Below, piece after piece: positions 19,672 to 28,833 of a DNA stretch of 64,000 nucleotides. The position numbers were made by a program, and so were the translations under genes. Source of the stretch: Clostridia bacterium. GTDB taxonomy: Bacteria > Bacillota > Clostridia > Oscillospirales > CAG-272. A model generated the notes under the pieces. It was not told where the DNA came from. It saw nothing but the letters and a program-made list of their open reading frames with translations, and did no database searches. The DNA is taken from NCBI GenBank assembly GCA_017453325.1, contig JAFTKK010000064.1, positions 926 to 64,925 of the forward strand. Direction: 5' to 3'. The stretch's first letter is position 1; each line of letters opens with the position of its first letter.

Positions 19672-22110
19672 TTAAGAATTATTGTGAAGTGTTTTAATCA
19701 AGGAGCTCGAAATGCTGCCCGTTCCCTTGTTACTCTTATTATTCTCGGTAAGAGAATAGTAAGCCACCTTGGTGCCATCCGCCACGGTGCGCACACCCGA
19801 CTTGTTGGTGATTGCATCGTAAATACCATACTCGGGGCCGTTTGCGGTAATGGTAAGGGTGTAGTTGCAGTCGTCACTCAGAATAATGTACTGCGCGCTC
19901 GTCAGCTTATAATTGATGTTATAGCTTACCTTTTTGTAACCGTCGGACTTGGGATCATGGAAGCCCTCGCGGTAGGATTTGCGGCTGGTAGGCCACCACA
20001 CGCAAACGGGGTTGACCAATTGGTAAAACTCCCATTCACATCCGTTACCGCCGTGGTGCGCAACCTGCACCATATCGCTTTGCAAATATGCGCCGTAGGT
20101 AGCACGCATCCATTTGCTGGCGGCAGTCTGGGCATCACCCGTCCACAGCATCGTGGTCTTGGAGTTGGCCGATACTTCGCCGTTTTCGGTGTGATACATG
20201 GTCATGCGAATCACGGTGGAGGTGTTGTTGTAAACGTGGATCTGCTCGGGATAAAGATCCTCGTGCGTATACATGACCTCAAGCTCGATGTTGGCAAACC
20301 AGAAGCGCTGACCCGTGTGCACCTTGATGTAATCAAAGCCGGTCTTTTCCCCGGGAGCGTCAGACATCCAGGAGGAATATTCGGTCAGCTTATCACGCAC
20401 GGTATGGTTATACTGGGTAGCAAGGTTCCCCGACTCGGAATTATAATATTCTTCATCCGAGGCAAAGTTAGCAATGACGTAGTCAACGGTGATAAATTTG
20501 GTATTATAGCTTTTACAGTAGGTCTTCATAAAGGTGACCATGGAGCCGTAATGATCGTTGTGGCCGTGCGAGAGATACCAGGCCGTGATACGAATGGGAT
20601 CATTTGTGGTGGGGCCGTTGCCGTTATGCCCTTCCTTATAGAGCTCAAGCAAAACGTTGTAAATACGATCTGCATCGGTCGAATTGGGTGCACCGCCGTC
20701 AAGCACGATGAAGGAGCCATCCTCAAGAGTAACGACATAGAGATTGCCGAAGATTCTGGCAACGCCTTGCTCCTGCTCCTCTTTCGTGGGGAAGGTATAG
20801 CTGAGCTTGAGCGAGGTAATGGAGGAATCCTGCTTTTTCTCATAGGCGCCGCGAGACAAATACTCGGTAGCAAGCTGCTTGGTAGCACCAAGCGGCGAGG
20901 CCACGATGCGGATAGCGGGCTCGTGCGAGGTCACGCCCTGTGCGCTCGCGTGCTTAAAGGCGTTGTAAGCCACGTAGAGCGAAATGTTCTCGGCTTGATC
21001 GTTATAAATGCGGAAGATGCTGCCTTCTGCCTCGCTGCCGGAATAAAGCGTGTAGCCTGCAGCCTCCAGCGTCTTGCAGTAGGCGGTGTAGGTCTCGACG
21101 CCAAGAGAGCTGCCCGTGTAGTAATACTCCATGGCGCTGTCATGCACGTCGATACTGCCGGAAAGCACCGCACCCTCGGGACGCGGGAAATCGGTGACGT
21201 GCTTCTTATTGGAGGTGTCGGAATAAATACGGGAGAATTCGGCAGGCAGGAAGATACGGTTCTTTTCCTTACCGTCCTCTTCCACCGCGCAAACAGAATC
21301 CTTCAGGACGTCGGTAAACAAGGCGAAGGCCTTTTGCTGCATGGTATCGTTGAGGGCGGTGACAAGGATCTTGCCGTTTTTCACACCCACACCGTAATTG
21401 TTGATATCCATGCCCGCAATAAAGGCATCGGTCTCCTCTCGGTCAACAAGACCCACCAACACCTCTGGCGAGATGTTGAAGCCCTTATCCGAAACCGTGC
21501 CCATGGCCGAGCCGGTGATATCGGAGAACTTGCCGATCGCGGCCTTGCATTCGGTGATCAAAGAGTTGATGTAGTCGCGCTTGCCATCGAGACGGTTCGA
21601 ATAGATAAAGGCCCAGCTGCCGGTAAACTCCAGCATTTCCATTTCATCTACCACGGTGCGCGTCACGGTCAGCGAGGAGCCATCAAGTGCCGTGGGAAGG
21701 ATCTCGTCCTCAAAATGGTCAATTGCCATGGCGGTGAGCAACGGCGTGGTGCCGGCAATAACCAGCTTCTTCCCTACCGTCATAATCACGTAGCCGTGAC
21801 CCTTCACCTTTTTGAGGGCCTTTTGTGTTTCGGCACGATTGGTGTTGCCGATCAAAATCTCGGCATCCTGCTCGTCGGCCACGGCATCGTCAGCCTTGAC
21901 CTTCGAGGCTTCAAAATCACAGTCTGCCTTTTTCTCAAGTGTGCTGACAAAGGTGCGGATCAGGTCAGCGGTGGTATCGGTGACCTCGCTGCCCCAAACA
22001 ACACTGTATCCCTCAAGGTCAACGGACTTTTTACCGCACGAGGAGAACAGTATAGCTGTGGAGGCCAGCATACACAAACACAGCAAAAGGCAAAGGATTC
22101 TTCTTTTCAT
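19672..22110 (-). CDS. secreted lipoprotein, paralog 5 of the MBL-fold family
   Basis: Start moved to ATG 22110 (MKRRILCLLL...), behind GGGAGG. Lipobox FSSC. EILIGNTNRAETQKALKKVKGHGYVI. IVLDGG, SHGHNDHY (20548-20571), KVHTGQRF, LWTGDAQ, VAHHGG. Confidence 0.85.
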   Translation of the reverse strand: MKRRILCLLLCLCMLASTAILFSSCGKKSVDLEGYSVVWGSEVTDTTADLIRTFVSTLEKKADCDFEASKVKADDAVADEQDAEILIGNTNRAETQKALKKVKGHGYVIMTVGKKLVIAGTTPLLTAMAIDHFEDEILPTALDGSSLTVTRTVVDEMEMLEFTGSWAFIYSNRLDGKRDYINSLITECKAAIGKFSDITGSAMGTVSDKGFNISPEVLVGLVDREETDAFIAGMDINNYGVGVKNGKILVTALNDTMQQKAFALFTDVLKDSVCAVEEDGKEKNRIFLPAEFSRIYSDTSNKKHVTDFPRPEGAVLSGSIDVHDSAMEYYYTGSSLGVETYTAYCKTLEAAGYTLYSGSEAEGSIFRIYNDQAENISLYVAYNAFKHASAQGVTSHEPAIRIVASPLGATKQLATEYLSRGAYEKKQDSSITSLKLSYTFPTKEEQEQGVARIFGNLYVVTLEDGSFIVLDGGAPNSTDADRIYNVLLELYKEGHNGNGPTTNDPIRITAWYLSHGHNDHYGSMVTFMKTYCKSYNTKFITVDYVIANFASDEEYYNSESGNLATQYNHTVRDKLTEYSSWMSDAPGEKTGFDYIKVHTGQRFWFANIELEVMYTHEDLYPEQIHVYNNTSTVIRMTMYHTENGEVSANSKTTMLWTGDAQTAASKWMRATYGAYLQSDMVQVAHHGGNGCEWEFYQLVNPVCVWWPTSRKSYREGFHDPKSDGYKKVSYNINYKLTSAQYIILSDDCNYTLTITANGPEYGIYDAITNKSGVRTVADGTKVAYYSLTENNKSNKGTGSISSSLIKTLHNNS

Positions 22111-22167
22111 AAAAACCTCCCGTTTGCGAAACATTGCATAAACAATGCTGCCATATTAAATCATCTT

Positions 22168-22196
22168 ATTATACCATCCATCACCTTTCTTTGCAA
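22168..22196 (-). promoter_or_regulatory. sigma-A promoter TTGCAA-17-TGgTATAAT for the paralog 5-4-3-2 transcription unit
   Basis: Minus strand reads TTGCAAagaaaggtgatggatggTATAAT, about 58 nt upstream of ATG 22110. Confidence 0.6.
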
Positions 22197-22342
22197 GTAA
22201 AGACAAAAATGTTTCACATTCCCATCAAAATTTTCATCACTTTAAACAAATTACATCCGTCACTTTTGCGCCATCTGCCCATGGCTATTTTATATAATGA
22301 TATTTATTTTGGTTTTTTGAGGAAGAAAACCGCATTGCATAC

Positions 22343-22371
22343 TTGACGAAAGGGCAAAAGAGTGCTATAAT
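22343..22371 (+). promoter_or_regulatory. sigma-A promoter TTGACG-17-TGcTATAAT for alaS
   Basis: -35 at 22343-22348, -10 at 22366-22371, 39 nt upstream of the alaS ATG. Confidence 0.65.
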
Positions 22372-22409
22372 ATTTTCAATATTTTTTCAATGACGAAAGG
22401 CCTGTTATT

Positions 22410-25055
22410 ATGAAATGGACTTCTCTTAACGAGCTGCGCGAAAAATATCTTGCTTTCTTTGAAAGCAAGGGTCATTTGCGCCTGCCCTCCTATCCCCTCG
22501 TACCCATCAACGACAAATCGCTGTTGCTCATCAACTCCGGCATGGCACCCATGAAAAAGTTTTTCACGGGTGAGGAGGAGCCCCCTCGCAACCGCGTAAC
22601 CACCTGCCAGAAATGCATCCGCACCCCCGACCTTGACCGCGTGGGTCACACGGCAAGACACGGCACCTTTTTTGAGATGCTGGGTAACTTCTCCTTCGGA
22701 GATTACTTCAAGGAGGAGGCAATTCCGTGGGCTTGGGAGTTTCTGACCGAAACGCTGGAGATCCCCGGCGAGCTGCTCTGGCCCTCTATTTACGAAAACG
22801 ACGAGGAAGCGTTTGAGATCTGGAACAAGAAGATCGGCGTACCTGCCGAGCGCATCACCCGTCTTGGCAAAGCCGACAACTTCTGGGAGCACGGCTCCGG
22901 CCCCTGCGGCCCCTGCTCCGAGATCTATTTTGACCGCGGCATCAAATACGGCTGCGGCAGCAAGGACTGCCGCCCCGGCTGCGACTGTGACCGCTATATG
23001 GAGATCTGGAACAACGTATTCTCCCAGTTCAATAACGACGGTCACGGCAACTATACCGAGCTGACGCAGAAAAACATTGACACCGGCATGGGTCTTGAGC
23101 GCCTTGCTTGCGTCATGCAGGGTGTTGACAATATGTTTGAGGTTGACAGCATCCGCAAGATCCTTGATACCGTTTGCGAAATCGCAGGTAAGACCTACGG
23201 CGCCGACAAGGAGAACGACATTTCTATCCGCGTATGCACCGACCATATCAAGAGCGCCATGTTCATGATTGCGGACGGCGTCATTCCCTCCAACGAGGGA
23301 CGCGGCTACGTGTTGCGCCGCATCATTCGCCGCGCCTGCCGCCACGGCAAGCTGCTTGGCATCAATCACGCATTCCTTTGTGATCTGTGCCGCGTGGCCA
23401 TCGGTGAAAACCGCGACGCTTATCCCGAGCTGATCGAAAAGGCAGATTATATCCTGAAGGTCATTTCGATGGAGGAGGAGCGCTTTGACGCCACCATCGA
23501 TGCCGGCCTCTCCATTCTCTCCACCTATATTGAAGCAGCCAAGACCGAGGGCAAGACCGTGATCTCGGGCGAGGATGTATTCAAGCTTTACGATACCTTC
23601 GGCTTCCCGCTTGATCTGACAAAGGAGATCCTTGCCGAGAACGGCCTCAGCTCTGATGACGAGACCTTCACCAAGCTGATGAAGGAGCAGCGTGAGCGCG
23701 CGCGTGCCGCACGCGGCAACATCAGCGGTTGGGACAACGCCGCCAAGAATCTGATCTCCGACCTCCCTGCCACCAACTTCCGCGGCTTCGACAGCTTCCG
23801 CACCGATGACGCAAAGGTACTGGCTATCTTTGTGGAGGACGAGGACGGCACCAAGGCAGTTAACGAGATCAGCGAGGGTGAGTGCACCGTGGTGCTCGAC
23901 AAAACCGTATTCTACGGTGAGGGCGGCGGTCAGATCGGTGATAGCGGTACGCTGACCTCAAAGGGCGCCGAGCTGCACGTAGGTGACACCAAGAAGACCG
24001 ACGGCGTTTATTTGCATCTTGCCACCGTTACGAATGGCGTGCTGCACGTAGGTGATGCCGTATGCGCGCGCATTGACGAGGACAAGCGTCTTGCCACCGC
24101 ACGCAACCACTCCGTAGCGCACCTTCTGCAGGCAGCGCTTCGCGAGGTGCTTGGCAACCACGTAGAGCAGGCAGGCTCTCTTGTTGATACCGAAAAATGT
24201 CGCTTTGACTTTACCCACTTTGCCGCCCTCACCGCAGAGGAGCTTGCAAAGGTTGAAGCCATTGTCAACCAATACATCTTTGCAGGTGTGCCGATCTCCA
24301 TGACGGAAATGCTCCTTGAGGACGCCAAAAAGCTTGGTGCTACTGCCCTGTTTGGCGAAAAATACGGCAAGATCGTGCGCGTGGTGCGCATGGGCACCTT
24401 CTCGATCGAATTCTGCGGCGGTACGCACTTGAACAACACCGCACGCATCGGTCTTTTCAAGATCACATCCGAGAGCTCGGTTGCCGCAGGCGTGCGCCGC
24501 ATTGAGGCCGTCACTGGCGACGGCGTATTGGCTCTGCTTGCCACACGCGAGAAGCTTCTCGCAGACACCGCAAGTGCCCTCAAGGCGCAGAATGTGCTGG
24601 ATGTTGCCAAGCGTGCGCATGCCGTGCAAGAAGAGGTAAAGGAGCTTCACCGTGAGCTGGATTCCCTCAACCAAAAGCTGGCCTCCTCCAAGCTTGACGA
24701 GGTGCTGGCAGGCAGCGTTGAGGTAGGTGGCATTCGCTTGGCGGTTGCTCGCTTTGACGGAATGCAACCCGACGTGGCACGCAGCCTGGCAGACGATATC
24801 AAGGCAAACAATGATAGCACCGTAGCCGTTCTGGCCATTGCAGACGGCGCGCGCATCAGCTTTATTGCCGTTGCAGGTAAGGATGCCGTTGCCAAGGGCG
24901 CACACGCCGGCAAGCTGGTGGGTGCCGTTGCAGCCATCACGGGCGGCAAGGGCGGCGGACGCCCCGACAATGCCATGGCAGGCGGCAAGGATGCCGACAA
25001 GATCACCGAGGCGCTTGATGCTGCCAAGGATATTTTGGCAGGACAACTGAAATAA
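22410..25055 (+). CDS. alaS: alanine--tRNA ligase
   Basis: 881 aa. FFESKGH, class II motifs, editing-domain HSVAHLL...GGTH, C-terminal DHHA1-like GGGRPD. Confidence 0.97.
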   Translation: MKWTSLNELREKYLAFFESKGHLRLPSYPLVPINDKSLLLINSGMAPMKKFFTGEEEPPRNRVTTCQKCIRTPDLDRVGHTARHGTFFEMLGNFSFGDYFKEEAIPWAWEFLTETLEIPGELLWPSIYENDEEAFEIWNKKIGVPAERITRLGKADNFWEHGSGPCGPCSEIYFDRGIKYGCGSKDCRPGCDCDRYMEIWNNVFSQFNNDGHGNYTELTQKNIDTGMGLERLACVMQGVDNMFEVDSIRKILDTVCEIAGKTYGADKENDISIRVCTDHIKSAMFMIADGVIPSNEGRGYVLRRIIRRACRHGKLLGINHAFLCDLCRVAIGENRDAYPELIEKADYILKVISMEEERFDATIDAGLSILSTYIEAAKTEGKTVISGEDVFKLYDTFGFPLDLTKEILAENGLSSDDETFTKLMKEQRERARAARGNISGWDNAAKNLISDLPATNFRGFDSFRTDDAKVLAIFVEDEDGTKAVNEISEGECTVVLDKTVFYGEGGGQIGDSGTLTSKGAELHVGDTKKTDGVYLHLATVTNGVLHVGDAVCARIDEDKRLATARNHSVAHLLQAALREVLGNHVEQAGSLVDTEKCRFDFTHFAALTAEELAKVEAIVNQYIFAGVPISMTEMLLEDAKKLGATALFGEKYGKIVRVVRMGTFSIEFCGGTHLNNTARIGLFKITSESSVAAGVRRIEAVTGDGVLALLATREKLLADTASALKAQNVLDVAKRAHAVQEEVKELHRELDSLNQKLASSKLDEVLAGSVEVGGIRLAVARFDGMQPDVARSLADDIKANNDSTVAVLAIADGARISFIAVAGKDAVAKGAHAGKLVGAVAAITGGKGGGRPDNAMAGGKDADKITEALDAAKDILAGQLK

Positions 25056-25068
25056 TACAGATATAGCC

Positions 25069-25112
25069 CAGCCCCGCCCCTCGCGTTTCGAGGGGCGGGG
25101 CTGAGATTTTTT
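25069..25112 (+). terminator. rho-independent terminator of alaS
   Basis: 15-bp GC stem CAGCCCCGCCCCTCG/CGAGGGGCGGGGCTG followed by AGATTTTTT. Confidence 0.85.
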
Positions 25113-25114
25113 GC

Positions 25115-25147
25115 ATAAAAAGAGCAGGCTTGCCATCGCAAGCCTGC
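25115..25147 (-). terminator. rho-independent terminator of ftsZ
   Basis: GCAGGCTTGC-GATG-GCAAGCCTGC followed by TCTTTTTAT on the minus strand. Confidence 0.75.
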
Positions 25148-25162
25148 GCTTTTTGATACTGA

Positions 25163-26398
25163 TTAATAATCGCCTCTGTTGCGACGACCGCGATTGCGGA
25201 AAATGCTCATAATGCTGTCAAAGTCATCCTCGGAGATCGAAGAATCCTCGCTGGCGGCATCATATTTGGGGGCATGCGCGGCGGGTGCGGGCTCTGCCAC
25301 GGGTGCTGCCTGCTCGGGTGCAGGGGCAGCCTGTTGAACAGGAGCTACGTAAACGGGAGCTGCCTGCTGAACGGGAGCAGCGTATGCGGGTGCTGCGGGA
25401 GCAGCCTGCTCCACAACGGGTGCGGGCTCTTCCACCTGCTCCTGCTTCTCAAAGCCGGTCGCAATGATGGTGACGCGCATTTCGTCGTCAAGAGCATCGT
25501 CAAAGGCAAGACCCCAGATCACGTTTGCGTCGGGATGAGCCTCGTGCGAGATCATAGAGGAGGCAAGATCCACTTCCTCAAGGCCTACATCGTGCGAAGC
25601 GGTAATGCTGATCAGAATACCGTGTGCGCCGTGAATAGAGGTTTCGAGCAGAGGGCTGGAAATAGCAGCGCGCGCAGCCAGCTCAGCCTTGTCGGCACCG
25701 GTGGCACCGCCCACGCCCATGTGCGCGTAGCCGGCATTCTTCATCACGGAGGTCACGTCAGCAAAGTCAAGGTTGATAAAGCCGGGAACGTTGATCAGCT
25801 CGGAAATGCTCTGCACACCGCGGCGAAGCACGTCATCGGCAATTTCGAAGGCGTTGCCGAGGGTGATGCGGGTATCGGATACCTGCTTGAGCTTCTCGTT
25901 GGGGATCACGACCAGGGAGTCCACGTACTGGCGAAGCTCCTTGATGCCCTGCTCTGCCTGCTCAAGACGGCGCTTGCCCTCAAAGCTGAAGGGCTTGGTC
26001 ACGATACCGATGGTGAGAATGCCCATCTCGTGTGCCAGACGTGCCACAACGGGAGCTGCACCCGTACCGGTGCCGCCGCCCATGCCTGCGGTTACAAACA
26101 CCATGTCGGCACCCGACAGCATCTGCTTGATCTCATCGATCGATTCCTCTGCAGCGCGTGCACCCACCTCGGGGTTTGCACCTGCGCCAAAGCCCTTGGT
26201 GATCTTTTCACCAATCACCATCTGTACGGGCGCCTCAGATTTGCGAAGCGCCTGTCTGTCGGTATTTACAGTTACAAATTCCACACCGCGAATATTGGCG
26301 GCGATCATGCGATTGACGGCGTTATTGCCGCCTCCGCCTACACCGATGACGCGGATCACTACACCGCTTTCGCAGTTATTATCGCGTTCAAAAGTCAT
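25163..26398 (-). CDS. ftsZ: cell division protein FtsZ
   Basis: VIGVGGGGNNAVNRM, GGGTGTGAAPV, P/A/Q-rich linker and C-terminal DDFDSIMSIF peptide. Start at ATG 26398, behind GGAGGA. Confidence 0.95.
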   Translation of the reverse strand: MTFERDNNCESGVVIRVIGVGGGGNNAVNRMIAANIRGVEFVTVNTDRQALRKSEAPVQMVIGEKITKGFGAGANPEVGARAAEESIDEIKQMLSGADMVFVTAGMGGGTGTGAAPVVARLAHEMGILTIGIVTKPFSFEGKRRLEQAEQGIKELRQYVDSLVVIPNEKLKQVSDTRITLGNAFEIADDVLRRGVQSISELINVPGFINLDFADVTSVMKNAGYAHMGVGGATGADKAELAARAAISSPLLETSIHGAHGILISITASHDVGLEEVDLASSMISHEAHPDANVIWGLAFDDALDDEMRVTIIATGFEKQEQVEEPAPVVEQAAPAAPAYAAPVQQAAPVYVAPVQQAAPAPEQAAPVAEPAPAAHAPKYDAASEDSSISEDDFDSIMSIFRNRGRRNRGDY

Positions 26399-26464
26399 AT
26401 GTATATCCTCCGTTATTCTTGACCGCGTGCAAGCACGCATTTTTACGTCATAGTTATTTATTAT

Positions 26465-26493
26465 ATTTTAATATATCTTGACTCATTTTGCAA
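26465..26493 (-). promoter_or_regulatory. candidate ftsZ promoter TTGCAA-17-TAAAAT
   Basis: Found in the AT-rich 168-bp spacer between murG and ftsZ. Leader is about 65 nt. Confidence 0.4.
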
Positions 26494-26566
26494 GATGTTT
26501 TTATAATAATTTTTAAAATTTTAAATACATATTTCGATATTTTTTATCACGTTTTCTCTTTTCCGC

Positions 26567-27661
26567 TTATTGCCTGCCCGTAAGCAGCAGGATATCGGCC
26601 AAGATCTTTCTGCCGGCATCGGGATGGGAAAAGGCCTTCACGGCCATCTCCACCTCTCGGCGCGCCGCATCATCGGTGAGCAGGCGTCGCACCGCGCGTG
26701 TCAAGTCACCGCCGTCAAGCCGATGCTCCTCTACAACCACCGCCGCCCCCGCGTCTGCCAAAGCGGCCGCATTTTTTAGCTGATGATCCCCCGTAACATT
26801 GGGGGATGGGATCAGCACGGCGGCGCGTCCCGCGGCAGCCACCTCTCCTAAGGTCATAGCGCCTGCGCGGGAGATCACGACCGTTGCCTCACGCATACGG
26901 CGCGGCATATCAGAAATAAAGGGCAGCACCTCAAGACGGGGATCGCCCGAAAGGCCGGCCGCGGCAAGCTCGCGAGAAAAACCTTCCCATTCGCGCTTGC
27001 CCGTTGCGTGCACAAAGCGTATCTGCGGCATATCGCGCAGCTCCGCCATCAGCGAAAGCACCGCACGGTTCATGGCGGGAGCACCGAGGCTGCCGCCAAA
27101 GGAAAGCACCGTTTTTTGGCTTTGCCCCATCGGGCGTGTCCCCCCGCGCCACAAAGCACTATCTCTGACGGGGTTCCCCACCACCAGCGTCTTGGCACGC
27201 CGCGGCAAATGCGCTCTCGCCGCCTCAAAGCCAAGCCAAACGCGCGAGAGCTTTGTTGCCAGCATACGCACGGCAAGACCCGGCACGGCATTGGACTCGT
27301 GTACCGCCGTGGGTGTGCCGCGGCGATAGGCGGAAAGAAGCGCGGGATAGCAAGCGTACCCACCCGTGCCGATGACGATATCGGGATGAAAGACATCTAT
27401 GATGTTGCCTGCCGCGCGGACGGCAGCACGCAACAGCTTCAGCGCGGCAAGCGCCTCTTTCGGGTGCCGACGGGAAAGCCCCTTCACGCTAATGGCACAG
27501 ATCTCGTATCCCGCCGCACGCACCATCTCATTTTCCATGCCACCCACCGTGCCGATAAACAGGATTTCGCAATCGGCAACCGTTTTTTGCAACAGATCGG
27601 CAATGGCAAGCGCGGGCGTAACGTGTCCGCCCGTACCGCCGCAAGCAATAACCACTCTCAT
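26567..27661 (-). CDS. murG: UDP-N-acetylglucosamine--N-acetylmuramyl-(pentapeptide) pyrophosphoryl-undecaprenol GlcNAc transferase
   Basis: MRVVIACGGTGGHVTPALAIA with a GT28 C-terminal domain. ATGA overlap with the upstream ftsW-family gene. Confidence 0.9.
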   Translation of the reverse strand: MRVVIACGGTGGHVTPALAIADLLQKTVADCEILFIGTVGGMENEMVRAAGYEICAISVKGLSRRHPKEALAALKLLRAAVRAAGNIIDVFHPDIVIGTGGYACYPALLSAYRRGTPTAVHESNAVPGLAVRMLATKLSRVWLGFEAARAHLPRRAKTLVVGNPVRDSALWRGGTRPMGQSQKTVLSFGGSLGAPAMNRAVLSLMAELRDMPQIRFVHATGKREWEGFSRELAAAGLSGDPRLEVLPFISDMPRRMREATVVISRAGAMTLGEVAAAGRAAVLIPSPNVTGDHQLKNAAALADAGAAVVVEEHRLDGGDLTRAVRRLLTDDAARREVEMAVKAFSHPDAGRKILADILLLTGRQ

Positions 27662-28830
27662 ACCCTTTTTCCCGTGCTGTATCTCGAAATTGAGAGCACG
27701 ATCCCCATTTCAAAAATTTGTATAGCCAAAAATGTACCGCCCGAGCTGAAAAACGGCAGCGACACGCCCGTGTTGGGCATGGAATTGGTCACCACGGCAA
27801 GATTGAGCGCCGCCTGCAGGGCCAGCTTCAATGAGATGCCGAACACCGCCAGCGAGCAAAAGCGATCGGGTGTGCGTGCGGCAATGCGGAAGCCGCGCAA
27901 AACAAGACACAAAAAAAGCAAGATCACCGAAAGCGCGCCCACGAACCCAAGCTCCTCGCAAATGACGGTGAAAATAAAATCGTTTTGCGGCTGAGAAACG
28001 TATCCGTGCTTCTGCAGGCCTTGCCCAAGCCCCTTGCCGAAAAGTCCCCCCGCACCGATGGCATAAAGTCCCTGCAGGGTCTGCCAAGCAGCCCCCAGCG
28101 GATCGACCTCCTCTATGTGCAGCCAGGTATCCACACGCACCTGTGCGTAGGAGGAGACCAGCACAAGCAAAACGCCTGCCGCGGCCACCACGCCCGCCAT
28201 GATGCCAAGGTATTTGAGGCGTGTACCACCCAAAAACATCACCGCAACCCCCAGCATACCGATGATCAAAAGCCCCGAAATGTGCTTTTCTGCCGCCACC
28301 AGCACTCCCACCGCGCCAATAAGCGCACCCGGCAAAAGCACACCGTAGCGAAAGCTGCCGCCGCGCGGTCGCTTTGAGGTCACTTTATCCTCGTTTTGTG
28401 TCATCACCAAGGCGAGCATCAAAATCAGCGCGGGCTTTGCCACCTCGGAGGGCTGTATCGTCAACGGCCCCAGCACAAGCCAACGCTGCGCCCCGCCCCC
28501 GACGGTGCCGATCAGCAAAACCAGCACCAGCAGCAACAACGCCCCCGCGTACAGTCCTACCCCGAAATAGCGCCAAAAGCGCGGCGTGGCAAAAAACACA
28601 AAGGGGGCGGTGAGCGCGATCGAAAGCAGGGCGAAGAGCACGTAGCGCTTCAAAAAGTAAAAGCCGTCACCGTAAAACTGCGCACCGTATACCGTGCTCG
28701 CGCTATACGACATCACGGTGCCGAAAAGCAAGCAGAGGCAAACCAAGAGCAAAAAGCAAAAATCGATCCGCCCACCGCCATCCTCTGCCGTTTTCACATA
28801 CCTTTGCCAGCGCTCCCTTATCCCAACCAT
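27658..28830 (-). CDS. ftsW: FtsW/RodA/SpoVE-family peptidoglycan glycosyltransferase
   Basis: 390 aa, about 10 TM segments, SEVAKPALIL, PNTGVSLPFFSSGG. Confidence 0.85.
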   Translation of the reverse strand: MVGIRERWQRYVKTAEDGGGRIDFCFLLLVCLCLLFGTVMSYSASTVYGAQFYGDGFYFLKRYVLFALLSIALTAPFVFFATPRFWRYFGVGLYAGALLLLVLVLLIGTVGGGAQRWLVLGPLTIQPSEVAKPALILMLALVMTQNEDKVTSKRPRGGSFRYGVLLPGALIGAVGVLVAAEKHISGLLIIGMLGVAVMFLGGTRLKYLGIMAGVVAAAGVLLVLVSSYAQVRVDTWLHIEEVDPLGAAWQTLQGLYAIGAGGLFGKGLGQGLQKHGYVSQPQNDFIFTVICEELGFVGALSVILLFLCLVLRGFRIAARTPDRFCSLAVFGISLKLALQAALNLAVVTNSMPNTGVSLPFFSSGGTFLAIQIFEMGIVLSISRYSTGKRV

Positions 28831-28833
28831 ATT

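Noticed and set aside
22111-22134. The longer N-terminal extension of paralog 5 given in the ORF track (MFRKREVF...).
   Set aside because: The GGGAGG RBS sits inside the extension, immediately upstream of ATG 22110. From that ATG the protein begins with the same MKR-type signal peptide as its paralogs.
22372-22409. Expected T-box riboswitch leader upstream of alaS.
   Set aside because: The promoter -10 ends at 22371, only 39 nt from the ATG. There is no room for a roughly 200-nt T-box and no specifier or antiterminator structure is visible.
26478-26507. Plus-strand TTGACT-18-TATAAT in the murG-ftsZ spacer, which would fire antisense into murG.
   Set aside because: The region is extremely AT-rich, so hexamer matches are expected by chance. 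It overlaps the more sensible minus-strand ftsZ promoter. There is no plus-strand gene to serve.
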